A model generated the notes under the pieces. The model saw nothing but the letters and a program-made list of their open reading frames with translations, was not told where the DNA came from and made no database searches. A stretch of 42,011 bases of DNA from an uncultured Bacteriovoracaceae bacterium (lineage in GTDB: Bacteria; Bdellovibrionota; Bacteriovoracia; Bacteriovoracales; Bacteriovoracaceae): the NCBI GenBank assembly GCA_964012805.1, contig CAXGUD010000033.1, forward strand, positions 1 to 42,011, given 5' to 3'. How positions within the stretch are numbered: the first letter of the stretch is position 1; the number at the start of each line of letters is the position of its first letter. Positions 17,832 to 26,741 of this stretch are shown here, piece after piece. The translations under genes were made by a program, and so were the position numbers.

Positions 17832-17976
17832 GTAATTCTTGAAATTAAAAAAGTAATTAAATTCCTTTTTGGATTTTTCTTTACGTTTACTCAATGGATC
17901 TGGAATGATACTGCCTTTATTTTCACTCGCACTAATTATATTAGGCGCCTTAAATTAAATTGAGGAGTTCTCCTGT

Positions 17977-18750
17977 ATGAACCATAGATTATTCAAGTCC
18001 AAAGAAAGTGAACTACGAAAAAAAATGATTCAAATTGCAAAGCTAACCTACTCTAAAGGCATGATTGCTGCGAGCGATGGAAATATGAGTGCTAAAATTA
18101 CCGAAAACCGTTACCTTGTTACTCCCAGTGGACTATTTAAAGGTTTTTTAGAAGAGGACGACCTAGTTGTGATAGATAAGTTTGGGAAAGTCATTGATGG
18201 CAATCATGGCCCATCTTCAGAACTTATGATGCATTTAAAGGCTTATGAAATGAGGGATGACATTGGAGCTGTTGTTCACGCTCACCCCCCTGTTATAACG
18301 GCTTTTTCAGTTGCAGGGATCGATCTCACAGAAGCTATCTTGCCAGAGACCATTTTTATTTTGGGCGAGATAAAGTTTGCACAGTACTCAACACCAACAA
18401 CAAAAGACGTCCCCAAGGCCATTGAAAGTCTTATAAAACAACATGATGCCCTAGTTCTAACAAGACATGGATCCCTAACAGTAGGTAAAAACCTTGAGGA
18501 GGCTTACCAAAAGCTCGAATCTCTCGAACACACCGCAAAAATAATCAGTGAAGCTGTAAAACTTAAAGGAGGAAAAATGGTGGAACCTCTTCCTTCTAAT
18601 GAAATTGATAAACTGTGGGAAATAAATGAAAAGCTAACAGGAAAAAGGAGGCCTCAGAAAATAAATGATTTTACCAATGATCAGCCGATTTCTCATGAAC
18701 TTATAAGTAAAACTGTAATGGATGTCTTAAAAGAAATGAACTTTCAATGA
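17977..18750 (+). CDS. Class II aldolase/adducin family protein (fuculose-1-phosphate aldolase-like) with C-terminal extension
   Basis: DGNMS, VTPSG, PSSELMMH, VHAHP, RHG metal ligands; GAGGAG RBS. Confidence 0.92.
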   Translation: MNHRLFKSKESELRKKMIQIAKLTYSKGMIAASDGNMSAKITENRYLVTPSGLFKGFLEEDDLVVIDKFGKVIDGNHGPSSELMMHLKAYEMRDDIGAVVHAHPPVITAFSVAGIDLTEAILPETIFILGEIKFAQYSTPTTKDVPKAIESLIKQHDALVLTRHGSLTVGKNLEEAYQKLESLEHTAKIISEAVKLKGGKMVEPLPSNEIDKLWEINEKLTGKRRPQKINDFTNDQPISHELISKTVMDVLKEMNFQ

Positions 18751-18967
18751 AGTTAAGATTTGTTTTTAATTCAAATCAATATTTTAAGACTTTTACTTCC
18801 TAGGATGGGGAGGTTTCTAGAGCATAATCCTTCACTAGAAAGTCCAACAAATGTCTAATATAGAGGGCCCAAAAGCACTTAATGCGTTATTTTTATATCT
18901 TTCCTCTTTACGACCTCTTAACTAGACTTAGGGCCGTGACCTAATTTATTTGAAAAGGATCAGAATA

Positions 18968-19426
18968 ATGTCAGAAGAAAAGCAAAAAGAAATACTCGAT
19001 ACCCTCTATCATAGACCTCCCTACCTCCAAATTGAAAGCTATGAAGAAGTCCAAGGTCAAACCATTACCGTAAAAAAGACTCTTCAACCGGACACTTTTT
19101 ACTTCAAAGGTCACTTCCCTGGGGCCCCTGTTGTCCCTGGTGCAATGATGTGCGAAATGATATTTCAAACCTCTTGCCTTCTCCTAACAAAACTTTACCC
19201 TGAGGATGAGAAGAAGGGGATGGCCGTGGGTGTTCTTACCAAAATAAGGGAAGCAAAATTTAAATCTTTTCTACGCCCTCACGACTCCATTACTATAAAA
19301 GTTAAAATGATAGCCAAAGTAGGAGATCATTTTCAAATGGAAGGCCTCATATCAAAAAGTGAAAAAACAATTGCCTTGGTGAAGTTTAACTGTGCCAACA
19401 TAGATTCTTCGACTTTAGTTCATTAA
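18968..19426 (+). CDS. FabZ/FabA-like 3-hydroxyacyl-ACP dehydratase
   Basis: LYHRPPY, FKGHFPGAPVVPGAMMCEMIFQ, AKFKSFLRP; ATG at 18968 follows an AAGGA RBS. Confidence 0.85.
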   Translation: MSEEKQKEILDTLYHRPPYLQIESYEEVQGQTITVKKTLQPDTFYFKGHFPGAPVVPGAMMCEMIFQTSCLLLTKLYPEDEKKGMAVGVLTKIREAKFKSFLRPHDSITIKVKMIAKVGDHFQMEGLISKSEKTIALVKFNCANIDSSTLVH

Positions 19427-19442
19427 ATTGAAAATAGGTCCT

Positions 19443-20360
19443 TTAATCTAAGGGCCTATTCCTCTTCAAAAACTCATCCTTTTCCAAAAGCCTATTCATC
19501 TCTTGGATTGAAGCTTTCAAAGGGTCCAACTTTCTTGACCCCTCCTGCTTTTTTAAGTCTTTTGTTGAGAAAACCTTTAAGCCTTTTTTCTGTACCTTTC
19601 GCTTTAAATTTTGATCTATTGTTCTTTTGGATGCAGGAAAGCGAACATTAGTAACCTTACTATTTTTTTTAAAATAAGATGCCAATTCGTAGAGAAAGAT
19701 TTTTCCTCCATCGGCCCTTGGAGTTAAAAGAAGTCTAAAAGGCTTACTCGGAATCACTCCCCTCATCGGAGGCCTTAGAAGGCTTCCGGCAACATTATGA
19801 TAAAAAACCATACTTTCCCTTTCCCTTAATATATAAGGGTTCCTGCCCATTTCTTTGGGTAAACTCAACTTTACCTTCCCTTTAAAAATCAAAACTTGCG
19901 TTCTGAAAAGGTTTTTATAGGGAAAAACCCTTACGAGAAAGTTGCTTCCTTTATACTCTATATCAAGCACAGTTGTTTTTATTAAGGAAGTTATTGAAGA
20001 GCTTTGATTATAGGAGGCCATCCTCACGACTCCTTTATACAATCTAAAAAGGCTTCTTGACTTTGCCGAAGTAAAGGATTCAATACGGATGTTAGATCCA
20101 GGTCCCAAATACATTAAAGAATTGTCGGTGAAAAATGCCTTTAAAGCACTAAGAGAAGTTTCTAAGCGATCTCCTGAAAAAATGGGAGACTTAATTTTAA
20201 GATCTTTCCCCTTGCCTATTTTATGAACCTTCCCCACAACTTCGGCCACAAAACCGATAGGCTTTTTGGATAAGTTTCCATAAGCTTTGGGTAGTAGCGA
20301 GCTTAAAAAAATCAGAATAAATAAATTTAATTTAGCTATTTTCAAAGAAAAGAACTTCAT
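19443..20360 (-). CDS. FecR-domain secreted protein
   Basis: Signal peptide, IFSGDRLET, FTDNSLMYLGPGS, LYKGVVR, KGSNF, IFKGKV. Confidence 0.75.
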   Translation of the reverse strand: MKFFSLKIAKLNLFILIFLSSLLPKAYGNLSKKPIGFVAEVVGKVHKIGKGKDLKIKSPIFSGDRLETSLSALKAFFTDNSLMYLGPGSNIRIESFTSAKSRSLFRLYKGVVRMASYNQSSSITSLIKTTVLDIEYKGSNFLVRVFPYKNLFRTQVLIFKGKVKLSLPKEMGRNPYILRERESMVFYHNVAGSLLRPPMRGVIPSKPFRLLLTPRADGGKIFLYELASYFKKNSKVTNVRFPASKRTIDQNLKRKVQKKGLKVFSTKDLKKQEGSRKLDPLKASIQEMNRLLEKDEFLKRNRPLD

Positions 20361-20629
20361 TTTTATGCTTTCCCTCCCTAAAAAACCTAATTTCGCCCCA
20401 TTAGAGATGTGAAAAAAAGTAACTCAAGTCTGATTTTGTGGTGTTTCTTTATCGTCCCTGTTAAAACTTTCCTTGAAAAATTATCCTCAAAAAATCGAGT
20501 TTTTGAGACATAGAAAAGTAGGAAAAACCTGGGATTGACCAAAAAGCTTTAATAAATAGGCTTACTTATTAAAATGCCTGAACTTTTTTAAAGCTGAAAG
20601 AAGACTTTTTTAACTGAGGACAAGTCATT

Positions 20630-22099
20630 ATGAAGGGAAACAGAAAAAAAAATTCATTCCTAAAAAGCTTGACGATATCTACGCTTAAAAACTTTTTCAA
20701 GAAATACTTAATACTTTTTGCAGTTTTCTTCCTATCCTTTCCAATTGCCTCGTCTTTTTCTTACTACGGACGTTATGCCGTTGAAACAAAGCTAACCTTT
20801 AAAGGAGAGGTGGAGTTCTACTCTAAAAAAAGAGTCACTTTAAAGTCTGTCCAATCAAATAAAAGGTTAAAAAACCACATTCAAAAGACTATTAAAAAGC
20901 AAATCGATCATCTCATGGGCTACTTCCAAAGTACTTATGCTTTAAACACAATAGGATTTAAAGGCAGTCCTAGTGAAGACTATAAAACTAAGCCTCTATC
21001 CGTTAAAAAAAGTCGATCTAAAAATCACTGGGTCTTAACCTATGTTTTTGACGGAAAGGCAACCTTTGAAAAAAAGATTTTTGGTTCAAAAAAATCAATC
21101 AAAATTTCCCTCCGCCTTCCAAAAAACCCAAAGACTATTTATAAAATATCTAAGAAGGGACACAGAAACCTTTGCACAGATGAAGAGTATGACTCTGAAG
21201 AAGACTTTTTTTACTTTTGGGACCTTTCCAAAAAAGGGTGCTCTTTAGAAAATGACTTTAAAAACGTTCCTCTTATAAAAGCTACTTTAAAACCTTTAAA
21301 AAACACAAGGTGGAGTTATCCTGAATACGATAAGATCTACGGCGACAATGGAAATGGGAAGGACTTAATCATTTATACTTTTTTTGGTTATATGGATTCT
21401 CTAAAGGACACGGATACCCCAAACAAGCGAGATGAGTCATATAAGGCCTTTCAAAAGGTAAAAAACTCCCTTATTGAACGTGGGATGGAGACTATAAAAC
21501 AAGAGAGTGCTTTTAGAATTTTTCCAGAAGATGTCCCTTATTCTAAGCATTTTGGTGAAAATGAAAATTTTGTTATCTATGACGGTTCTAATTATACTTC
21601 CACGCTAACTAAGAAAGTTAGATTTCGCGGAAAATCAGTAAACCTAAAAATTCATCTTCTTCTATCAGATACGGATATTAACTCTGATGACGATACATTC
21701 CGCTACTTTTACGAGAAGGCCTTAAGGACAGCTGATATCATCGAATATGAAGGTCATTCAGGGCTGGGTGCAAATTTAAGCCTTGAAAAGCTGGAAATCA
21801 GCAAACTGAGTAAAAAGAAGTACCAACTCTACTTTTTTAATGCTTGTAGTACTTATAATTATTTTAATAACGAATACTTAAAGGCCAAAGGCGGGCCTAA
21901 AAACTTAGATATTATTTTGTCTGGGTTGCCGACATATGGAGATAGTGCATCAAATAATTCACTTGCATTTTTAGATAATTTTATAGAAGCTAAGTCCCTA
22001 ACTTTTCAGACAATTGTCTCAAGGATCGAAGACTCAAGTGATGGTGGGCCTTACCTTTACAGTGTGGTAGGCGATCATGATAACGCTTGGAAACCTTAA
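20630..22099 (+). CDS. Secreted hypothetical protein, putative caspase/gingipain-fold (clan CD) cysteine peptidase
   Basis: N-terminal hydrophobic export segment; DIIEYEGHSG and YQLYFFNACS about 30 aa apart; GAGGA RBS. Confidence 0.55.
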   Translation: MKGNRKKNSFLKSLTISTLKNFFKKYLILFAVFFLSFPIASSFSYYGRYAVETKLTFKGEVEFYSKKRVTLKSVQSNKRLKNHIQKTIKKQIDHLMGYFQSTYALNTIGFKGSPSEDYKTKPLSVKKSRSKNHWVLTYVFDGKATFEKKIFGSKKSIKISLRLPKNPKTIYKISKKGHRNLCTDEEYDSEEDFFYFWDLSKKGCSLENDFKNVPLIKATLKPLKNTRWSYPEYDKIYGDNGNGKDLIIYTFFGYMDSLKDTDTPNKRDESYKAFQKVKNSLIERGMETIKQESAFRIFPEDVPYSKHFGENENFVIYDGSNYTSTLTKKVRFRGKSVNLKIHLLLSDTDINSDDDTFRYFYEKALRTADIIEYEGHSGLGANLSLEKLEISKLSKKKYQLYFFNACSTYNYFNNEYLKAKGGPKNLDIILSGLPTYGDSASNNSLAFLDNFIEAKSLTFQTIVSRIEDSSDGGPYLYSVVGDHDNAWKP

Positions 22100-22201
22100 C
22101 TGGAAAACTTTAAGGGCAAAAGGTTTTTTAACCCAATAAAGTGCTTTTGGGTATTTAAAAAGCTTTCAATAAAGATGAACTTTATCGAGGATAACAAATT
22201 T

Positions 22202-23377
22202 ATGCAAAAGCCCGGTCTAAACCTTTATTTTGCCTTATTTCTTTCACTTCTCCTTTCTTGTGGCCCTGCCACTGAGAATCAAACCGAAGACATTACTTTA
22301 AGCTCCTCTAAAATAATGAATGGTATAAAAGCTGACGTGGAAGAGTTTCCAGAAGTTATAGGGATTGTGTCTGATGACTCTATCATTTGCTCAGCGACCG
22401 CTGTGCGTAAAAAGCTGCTTTTTACATCGGCTCATTGTTTTTTAGACTTTGAAGAAGTTCAAGTTGAAGACGGAGACTCAGAGTCGTTTGACGAATTATT
22501 TGGAATTCTAAGTGATGACTTCTGCCAATCATACCAAGATTGCCTTGAAGAATTAAACCTTATGACATGGAAATCAACAAAAAGGCGGTTTCTAGATGAC
22601 CATTTAGATGAAATTATTAGATTAATTGGTGAGGATATTACCATCCACCAAGGCATTGGCCACCCAGGTGGAGAAGTAGAGAGTGAAGACATTGTTAAGG
22701 AAATCAACTTTGATCCCAACTGGATACACCTAATTAAACTTAAACTCTATGAAACCTTTGGTGTATTGAAATTAGGTCAGTCCCTATACCTAAAAAACCT
22801 AAACGAATATGACGAGTATGCCTTTGATTACGCACAAATTCGCCTAAAAAGGAAAGTGGAAGCAAGCTCACTTACTCCTATGATGAAAGAGGATGAGCTG
22901 GAAGAGGGGCTCCCCGATGGTAGTAGAATAGTTCTTGTTGGGTATGGGCATCAATTTCCATCAGGGGAAAGTGACAGAGAAGACGAAAATTCAAATAGCG
23001 ATGAAAGCACTTTAAGTATAGGACCTCAAGGTGAGGAAGAAGAGGAAGAGGAAGAAGTAGAAGAAGAAGAGAATGACGAGGAAGAAGAAGTTAATCTATT
23101 TTACGGTGAAAAAATATACACAACACTTCCTATCTCTGGTTTGATAGAAAATGAATCAGGTTCTTTCGTAATCGCTGCAGGGGAAAATGAAGGTGCTTGC
23201 GAAGGTGACTCCGGGGGTGCCGCTTTCATCAAATTTCCAAATGGAAAACTAAAATATATTGGAATTATAACAGCCGGAGCTAATAGTTGTGGTGACCATA
23301 TTATGTGGGATACCGATAGCGGTTCTATACAGGGTAATACTATTATCAATGTTCAGTTAGATACATCGGAAATTTAA
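22202..23377 (+). CDS. Trypsin-like (S1) serine protease lipoprotein
   Basis: Lipobox LLLSC, IMNG activation-type motif, TSAHC, FDYA, CEGDSGG; alternative start at 22175. Confidence 0.88.
   Translation: MQKPGLNLYFALFLSLLLSCGPATENQTEDITLSSSKIMNGIKADVEEFPEVIGIVSDDSIICSATAVRKKLLFTSAHCFLDFEEVQVEDGDSESFDELFGILSDDFCQSYQDCLEELNLMTWKSTKRRFLDDHLDEIIRLIGEDITIHQGIGHPGGEVESEDIVKEINFDPNWIHLIKLKLYETFGVLKLGQSLYLKNLNEYDEYAFDYAQIRLKRKVEASSLTPMMKEDELEEGLPDGSRIVLVGYGHQFPSGESDREDENSNSDESTLSIGPQGEEEEEEEEVEEEENDEEEEVNLFYGEKIYTTLPISGLIENESGSFVIAAGENEGACEGDSGGAAFIKFPNGKLKYIGIITAGANSCGDHIMWDTDSGSIQGNTIINVQLDTSEI
23033..23089 (+). repeat. GAR-rich low-complexity tract encoding poly-Glu
   Basis: Encodes EEEEEEEEVEEEENDEEEE using mixed GAA/GAG codons. 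Confidence 0.85.
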
Positions 23378-23380
23378 ATA

Positions 23381-25237
23381 CTAAAGGTAGATAGGAAGGA
23401 AAATAACAAATGTTGTTCCCTCCTCTATCTTTGATAAAACTCTTATAGTACCTTTTAACTTTTTGACTTCGTTTTTAACCGCTTCAAGTCCAATCCCTCT
23501 TCCCGAAACTTCATCAACATTGTCTTTGGTAGAAAACCCTTGCTTAAAAATGACTTGAATATAATCCTCATCCTTCACTTTAGAAAACTTTTTTTCTAAC
23601 TCAGAAGATGATTTTTTAACAACTTTCTTTAACTTACCAGGGTCGATTCCTCGACCATCGTCCTTAATTAAAATTTTTATTTCATTATCATTACTTTTAC
23701 TTATATCAACTTTTATAAGACCGGCCGGTGACTTATTTTTGGAAATCCTTTCTTCAACACTTTCTATTCCATGATCAATGGCGTTCCTAAAGATATGAAC
23801 GCAAGAGGCAATAAATGGTCCATATGCTTCCTGATTAACAACGACAGAGCTTTCTGAAACTAAAAATTGGGTTTCCTTGCCTTGGGTCCCCGATAATTGC
23901 TTAATTAAAGATGAAAAACCTTTGAACCTTAAATTGAGAGAACCTAGCAAAAACTTGTTTTTATAATTTATAAAATGCTCGGAATTTTCCCCAAGCTCTT
24001 TTTCAAAAAAACTAGTCACAGTTTCGATTTTAACAGTTCTGAAGTTGCCTTCATCGAGAAAGAAAACTTTATTGGCCAGCTCGAGCAAGTTTTTATTTTC
24101 AGTTTGAAAGTCTTCTAATTCCTTTTTCAAAGACTTTAAATACCCTAAGCATAGACTCCAATCTTTCTCATCTAAACTTTCTTTTTCCATTAAGTTTGCT
24201 AAATAATTTTCAAACTCATGAGCTTTTTTTACAAAATCGCTCATTTTAAAATAGGCAAACCTAGCTTTTATAGTATGTATTTTCCTAAATACTTCTTCTA
24301 AATGGATGCGGTTTTTTTCTTTCTCAAGGTAAAGTTGAATATTCCAAAATGAATCAACTGCATCCATCATCAAGTCTAGAAACTCAATAGTATTTGTAAT
24401 GATTAAGTTATATGTAATTCCTTTTTCTTCTTCTTTTAAGGCCTTTTTTTTCAGTTCCCATTCTTTCGTTTTGTCTGAAGCAATACAAATAACACTCTCA
24501 ATAATGACTCTTTTTTCATTTGGCTTATAAATAGGCCGATACTCTAATGAAAAGTAAGACTTATTATTTTTAACATAGGTTTGAGGAGCAAGGGAAACCA
24601 AGTCCTTGAAACTTATTTTTCCACTCCACACGTTTTGACACCACTTTTTAAAACGGTTTCTTTCGTCACTATTTAATTCAAAGATATCAGCTAGGTTCTT
24701 ACCTGTTGGTTCATGGCCAAAGAACTTTTTAACTACTTTTGTAGAGCCTGGTTTTACAAAACCTTCTTTGTCAAAAATCATAAAACCCTGACCTAAATTT
24801 TCAAGTAAGGTCATTGTTTCTTGTCTTTGGTTTATAAGTTTTTCTTTAGTATTTTTAATATCTAAATGATTTTGTACTCTTGCTAAAAACTCGGGTTCAT
24901 TCAATGGTTTCGCAATAAAATCCACACCACCCATTTCAAAGCACTTAACTATATCATGAGGCTCTGTTTTAAGAGTTATAAAAATAATTGGTATATGCTG
25001 GAGCTCAGGATTAGATTTTATTTTTTGACAAACATCAAAGCCATTCATTTCAGGCATCATAACATCTAACAAAATTAAATCTGGTTTAATTAATGCTGCT
25101 ATTTCAAGGGCCTCTCGCCCACTTTGAGACAGGCTTACCCTATGTCCTTTTTTTTCTAAACTCTTGCCGGCTACCTGAAGGTTCTTCAAATCATCGTCAA
25201 TTATTTGAATAAGGGACCTTTTTTCATTCTTTTCCAC
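23381..25237 (-). CDS. Hybrid REC-PAS-like-Hpt-HATPase (CheA-like) histidine kinase
   Basis: IIDD/LLDVMMP/IAKP receiver; Hpt FRKIHTIKA; HIFRNAIDHGIE, DDGRGI, GFSTKD..DEVSGRGIGL; no CheW domain. Confidence 0.9.
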   Translation of the reverse strand: MEKNEKRSLIQIIDDDLKNLQVAGKSLEKKGHRVSLSQSGREALEIAALIKPDLILLDVMMPEMNGFDVCQKIKSNPELQHIPIIFITLKTEPHDIVKCFEMGGVDFIAKPLNEPEFLARVQNHLDIKNTKEKLINQRQETMTLLENLGQGFMIFDKEGFVKPGSTKVVKKFFGHEPTGKNLADIFELNSDERNRFKKWCQNVWSGKISFKDLVSLAPQTYVKNNKSYFSLEYRPIYKPNEKRVIIESVICIASDKTKEWELKKKALKEEEKGITYNLIITNTIEFLDLMMDAVDSFWNIQLYLEKEKNRIHLEEVFRKIHTIKARFAYFKMSDFVKKAHEFENYLANLMEKESLDEKDWSLCLGYLKSLKKELEDFQTENKNLLELANKVFFLDEGNFRTVKIETVTSFFEKELGENSEHFINYKNKFLLGSLNLRFKGFSSLIKQLSGTQGKETQFLVSESSVVVNQEAYGPFIASCVHIFRNAIDHGIESVEERISKNKSPAGLIKVDISKSNDNEIKILIKDDGRGIDPGKLKKVVKKSSSELEKKFSKVKDEDYIQVIFKQGFSTKDNVDEVSGRGIGLEAVKNEVKKLKGTIRVLSKIEEGTTFVIFLPIYL

Positions 25238-25243
25238 GATCTA

Positions 25244-25270
25244 TTTTCGGAAAGGAAAGTACTAAGTTTA
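25244..25270 (-). promoter_or_regulatory. Sigma-28 (FliA)-like promoter
   Basis: Minus strand TAAA-N15-TCCGAAAA versus consensus TAAA-N15-GCCGATAA. Confidence 0.4.
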
Positions 25271-25331
25271 ATGGTTATTTTTTAAAATAAAATAAAAATT
25301 ATTTTACTATTTAGGAAAAAAGGAATGGGTT

Positions 25332-25517
25332 TTATACGTCGTCTTCGTTGTTGGCCAAATCATTTTTAAAATATCTACCATCTGAATGTTGATAAAGGTC
25401 TACACCTTTTTCAAAAACTGGTGAATTATCATCCACTTTATTAAGTCCACCGTCTTGAGGTTGGACAATATCAACTAACCAAATAGTTGCCGGAATTACT
25501 AATAGGTACCAAAACAT
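25332..25517 (-). CDS. Small hypothetical membrane-anchored protein (61 aa)
   Basis: AGGAGA RBS before the ATG, hydrophobic N-terminus, acidic tail; fills an otherwise empty gap. Confidence 0.65.
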   Translation of the reverse strand: MFWYLLVIPATIWLVDIVQPQDGGLNKVDDNSPVFEKGVDLYQHSDGRYFKNDLANNEDDV

Positions 25518-25797
25518 TTCTTCTCCTAATATAGACTCTTATTTTTATTGAAATGCTAAAAGCCTTAAAGACGAGGTACCAAACCGTTGGTCTTTTTGCA
25601 AACAGAGAATAAACTTAATTTAATTAAGTAAGAAAAACGTTTTTAAAATAAAGTGCTTATAGCTTTTGGGGACTTACAGGGGTTATTTTATTATCACAAT
25701 CATTTCTGAGAAGTATCAAAATATAAATTATTTAATACTTTTTGGCAGAAGTTTAACAGACCGATTGCCGAAACGTATTTTTTAAGGGGGATAACAA

Positions 25798-26739
25798 GTG
25801 GCATTAAAAAAGAAAAAATCAAAAGAAAAGGCTCCAGAAGCTTCCATTGGACTGACGCCAAAAGAAGTTTCAAGCTCAAAGGGACAAACTAAAAAGTTAA
25901 AGAGCTTAATTCTAAATGTTGAAGACGATGGTGGCAAAGTATTGTGTTCTTACAAAGACCCACTCGGAGGACATTGGGTTTTACTAGTATCCCTCCCTTT
26001 AAAACAGGTAGAACCAACTCCTTATCAAAGAAAACTTTCCTCACCTCATGTAAAAAATTTAGCAAATGTTATTCAAAAAATAGATAGGTTTTTAGACCCC
26101 GTTATTGCAATAAGGGTAGGACCACGATCTTACCAAGTTCCAAATGGTTACCATAGACTAGGGGCTTTGAAACAATTAGGAGCAAAAACTGTCACGGCCC
26201 TCTTAATGGCCGATGAAGAAATGGCAAGAATGATACTTGCACTTAATGTTGAAAAATCGCACAACCTTAGAGAAAAGTCTCACGAAGCTATCTCACTTGC
26301 AGAGCATCTTATTTCGGAAGGTAATTATAAAGAAACTGACCTTTCTTTGGAATTTGAGTCACCAATTTTTTTAACCTTAGGATTATGCTATAGAGAAAAT
26401 GGCCGATTTTCTGGATCTGTTTATCAACCCTTTTTAAAAAGAATTGATAAATTTCAAAGGAAGTTATTAGACAGATCAATAGAACAAAGGATAATTTGGG
26501 CCAGTATGCTTTTGGAGGTAGATGAAGGAGTTTCGGAGATTGTTATTGAGTTAAAAAATAAAGGTTTTGAATCTCAGTTTTTAAAAAATCTTATTTTTTC
26601 AAGAATTAATCCTCTCCGCTTTAATTTAAAAAGAAATCACGGTATAACAATGGAAACGGGACTTAAAAAGGTCTTAGAAAACTTATCCAAATTAAACTTG
26701 GAAAAAATATCAAAATCTGATTTCCTAAAAGCCAGTTAA
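25798..26739 (+). CDS. ParB/Srx N-terminal domain protein
   Basis: VEPTPYQR, LANVIQKIDRFLDPVIA, NGYHRLGALKQLG (GxxRxxA), LALN; AAGGGG RBS. Confidence 0.8.
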   Translation: MALKKKKSKEKAPEASIGLTPKEVSSSKGQTKKLKSLILNVEDDGGKVLCSYKDPLGGHWVLLVSLPLKQVEPTPYQRKLSSPHVKNLANVIQKIDRFLDPVIAIRVGPRSYQVPNGYHRLGALKQLGAKTVTALLMADEEMARMILALNVEKSHNLREKSHEAISLAEHLISEGNYKETDLSLEFESPIFLTLGLCYRENGRFSGSVYQPFLKRIDKFQRKLLDRSIEQRIIWASMLLEVDEGVSEIVIELKNKGFESQFLKNLIFSRINPLRFNLKRNHGITMETGLKKVLENLSKLNLEKISKSDFLKAS

Positions 26740-26741
26740 GC

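Noticed and set aside
17901..17914. Possible sigma-54 promoter TGGAATGATACTGC upstream of the aldolase
   Set aside because: GG to GC spacing is 9 nt, not the required 10
18751..18967. Intergenic region considered for an ncRNA or riboswitch
   Set aside because: Only a weak AT-rich inverted repeat; no family recognised; a covariance-model search would be needed
20486..20507. ctcaaaaa-N6-tttttgag inverted repeat
   Set aside because: Mostly A/T runs and plausible by chance; no cognate regulator evident
23033..23089. GAA/GAG tract as a phase-variable or CRISPR-like repeat
   Set aside because: In-frame mixed codons encoding poly-Glu; no repeat-spacer structure
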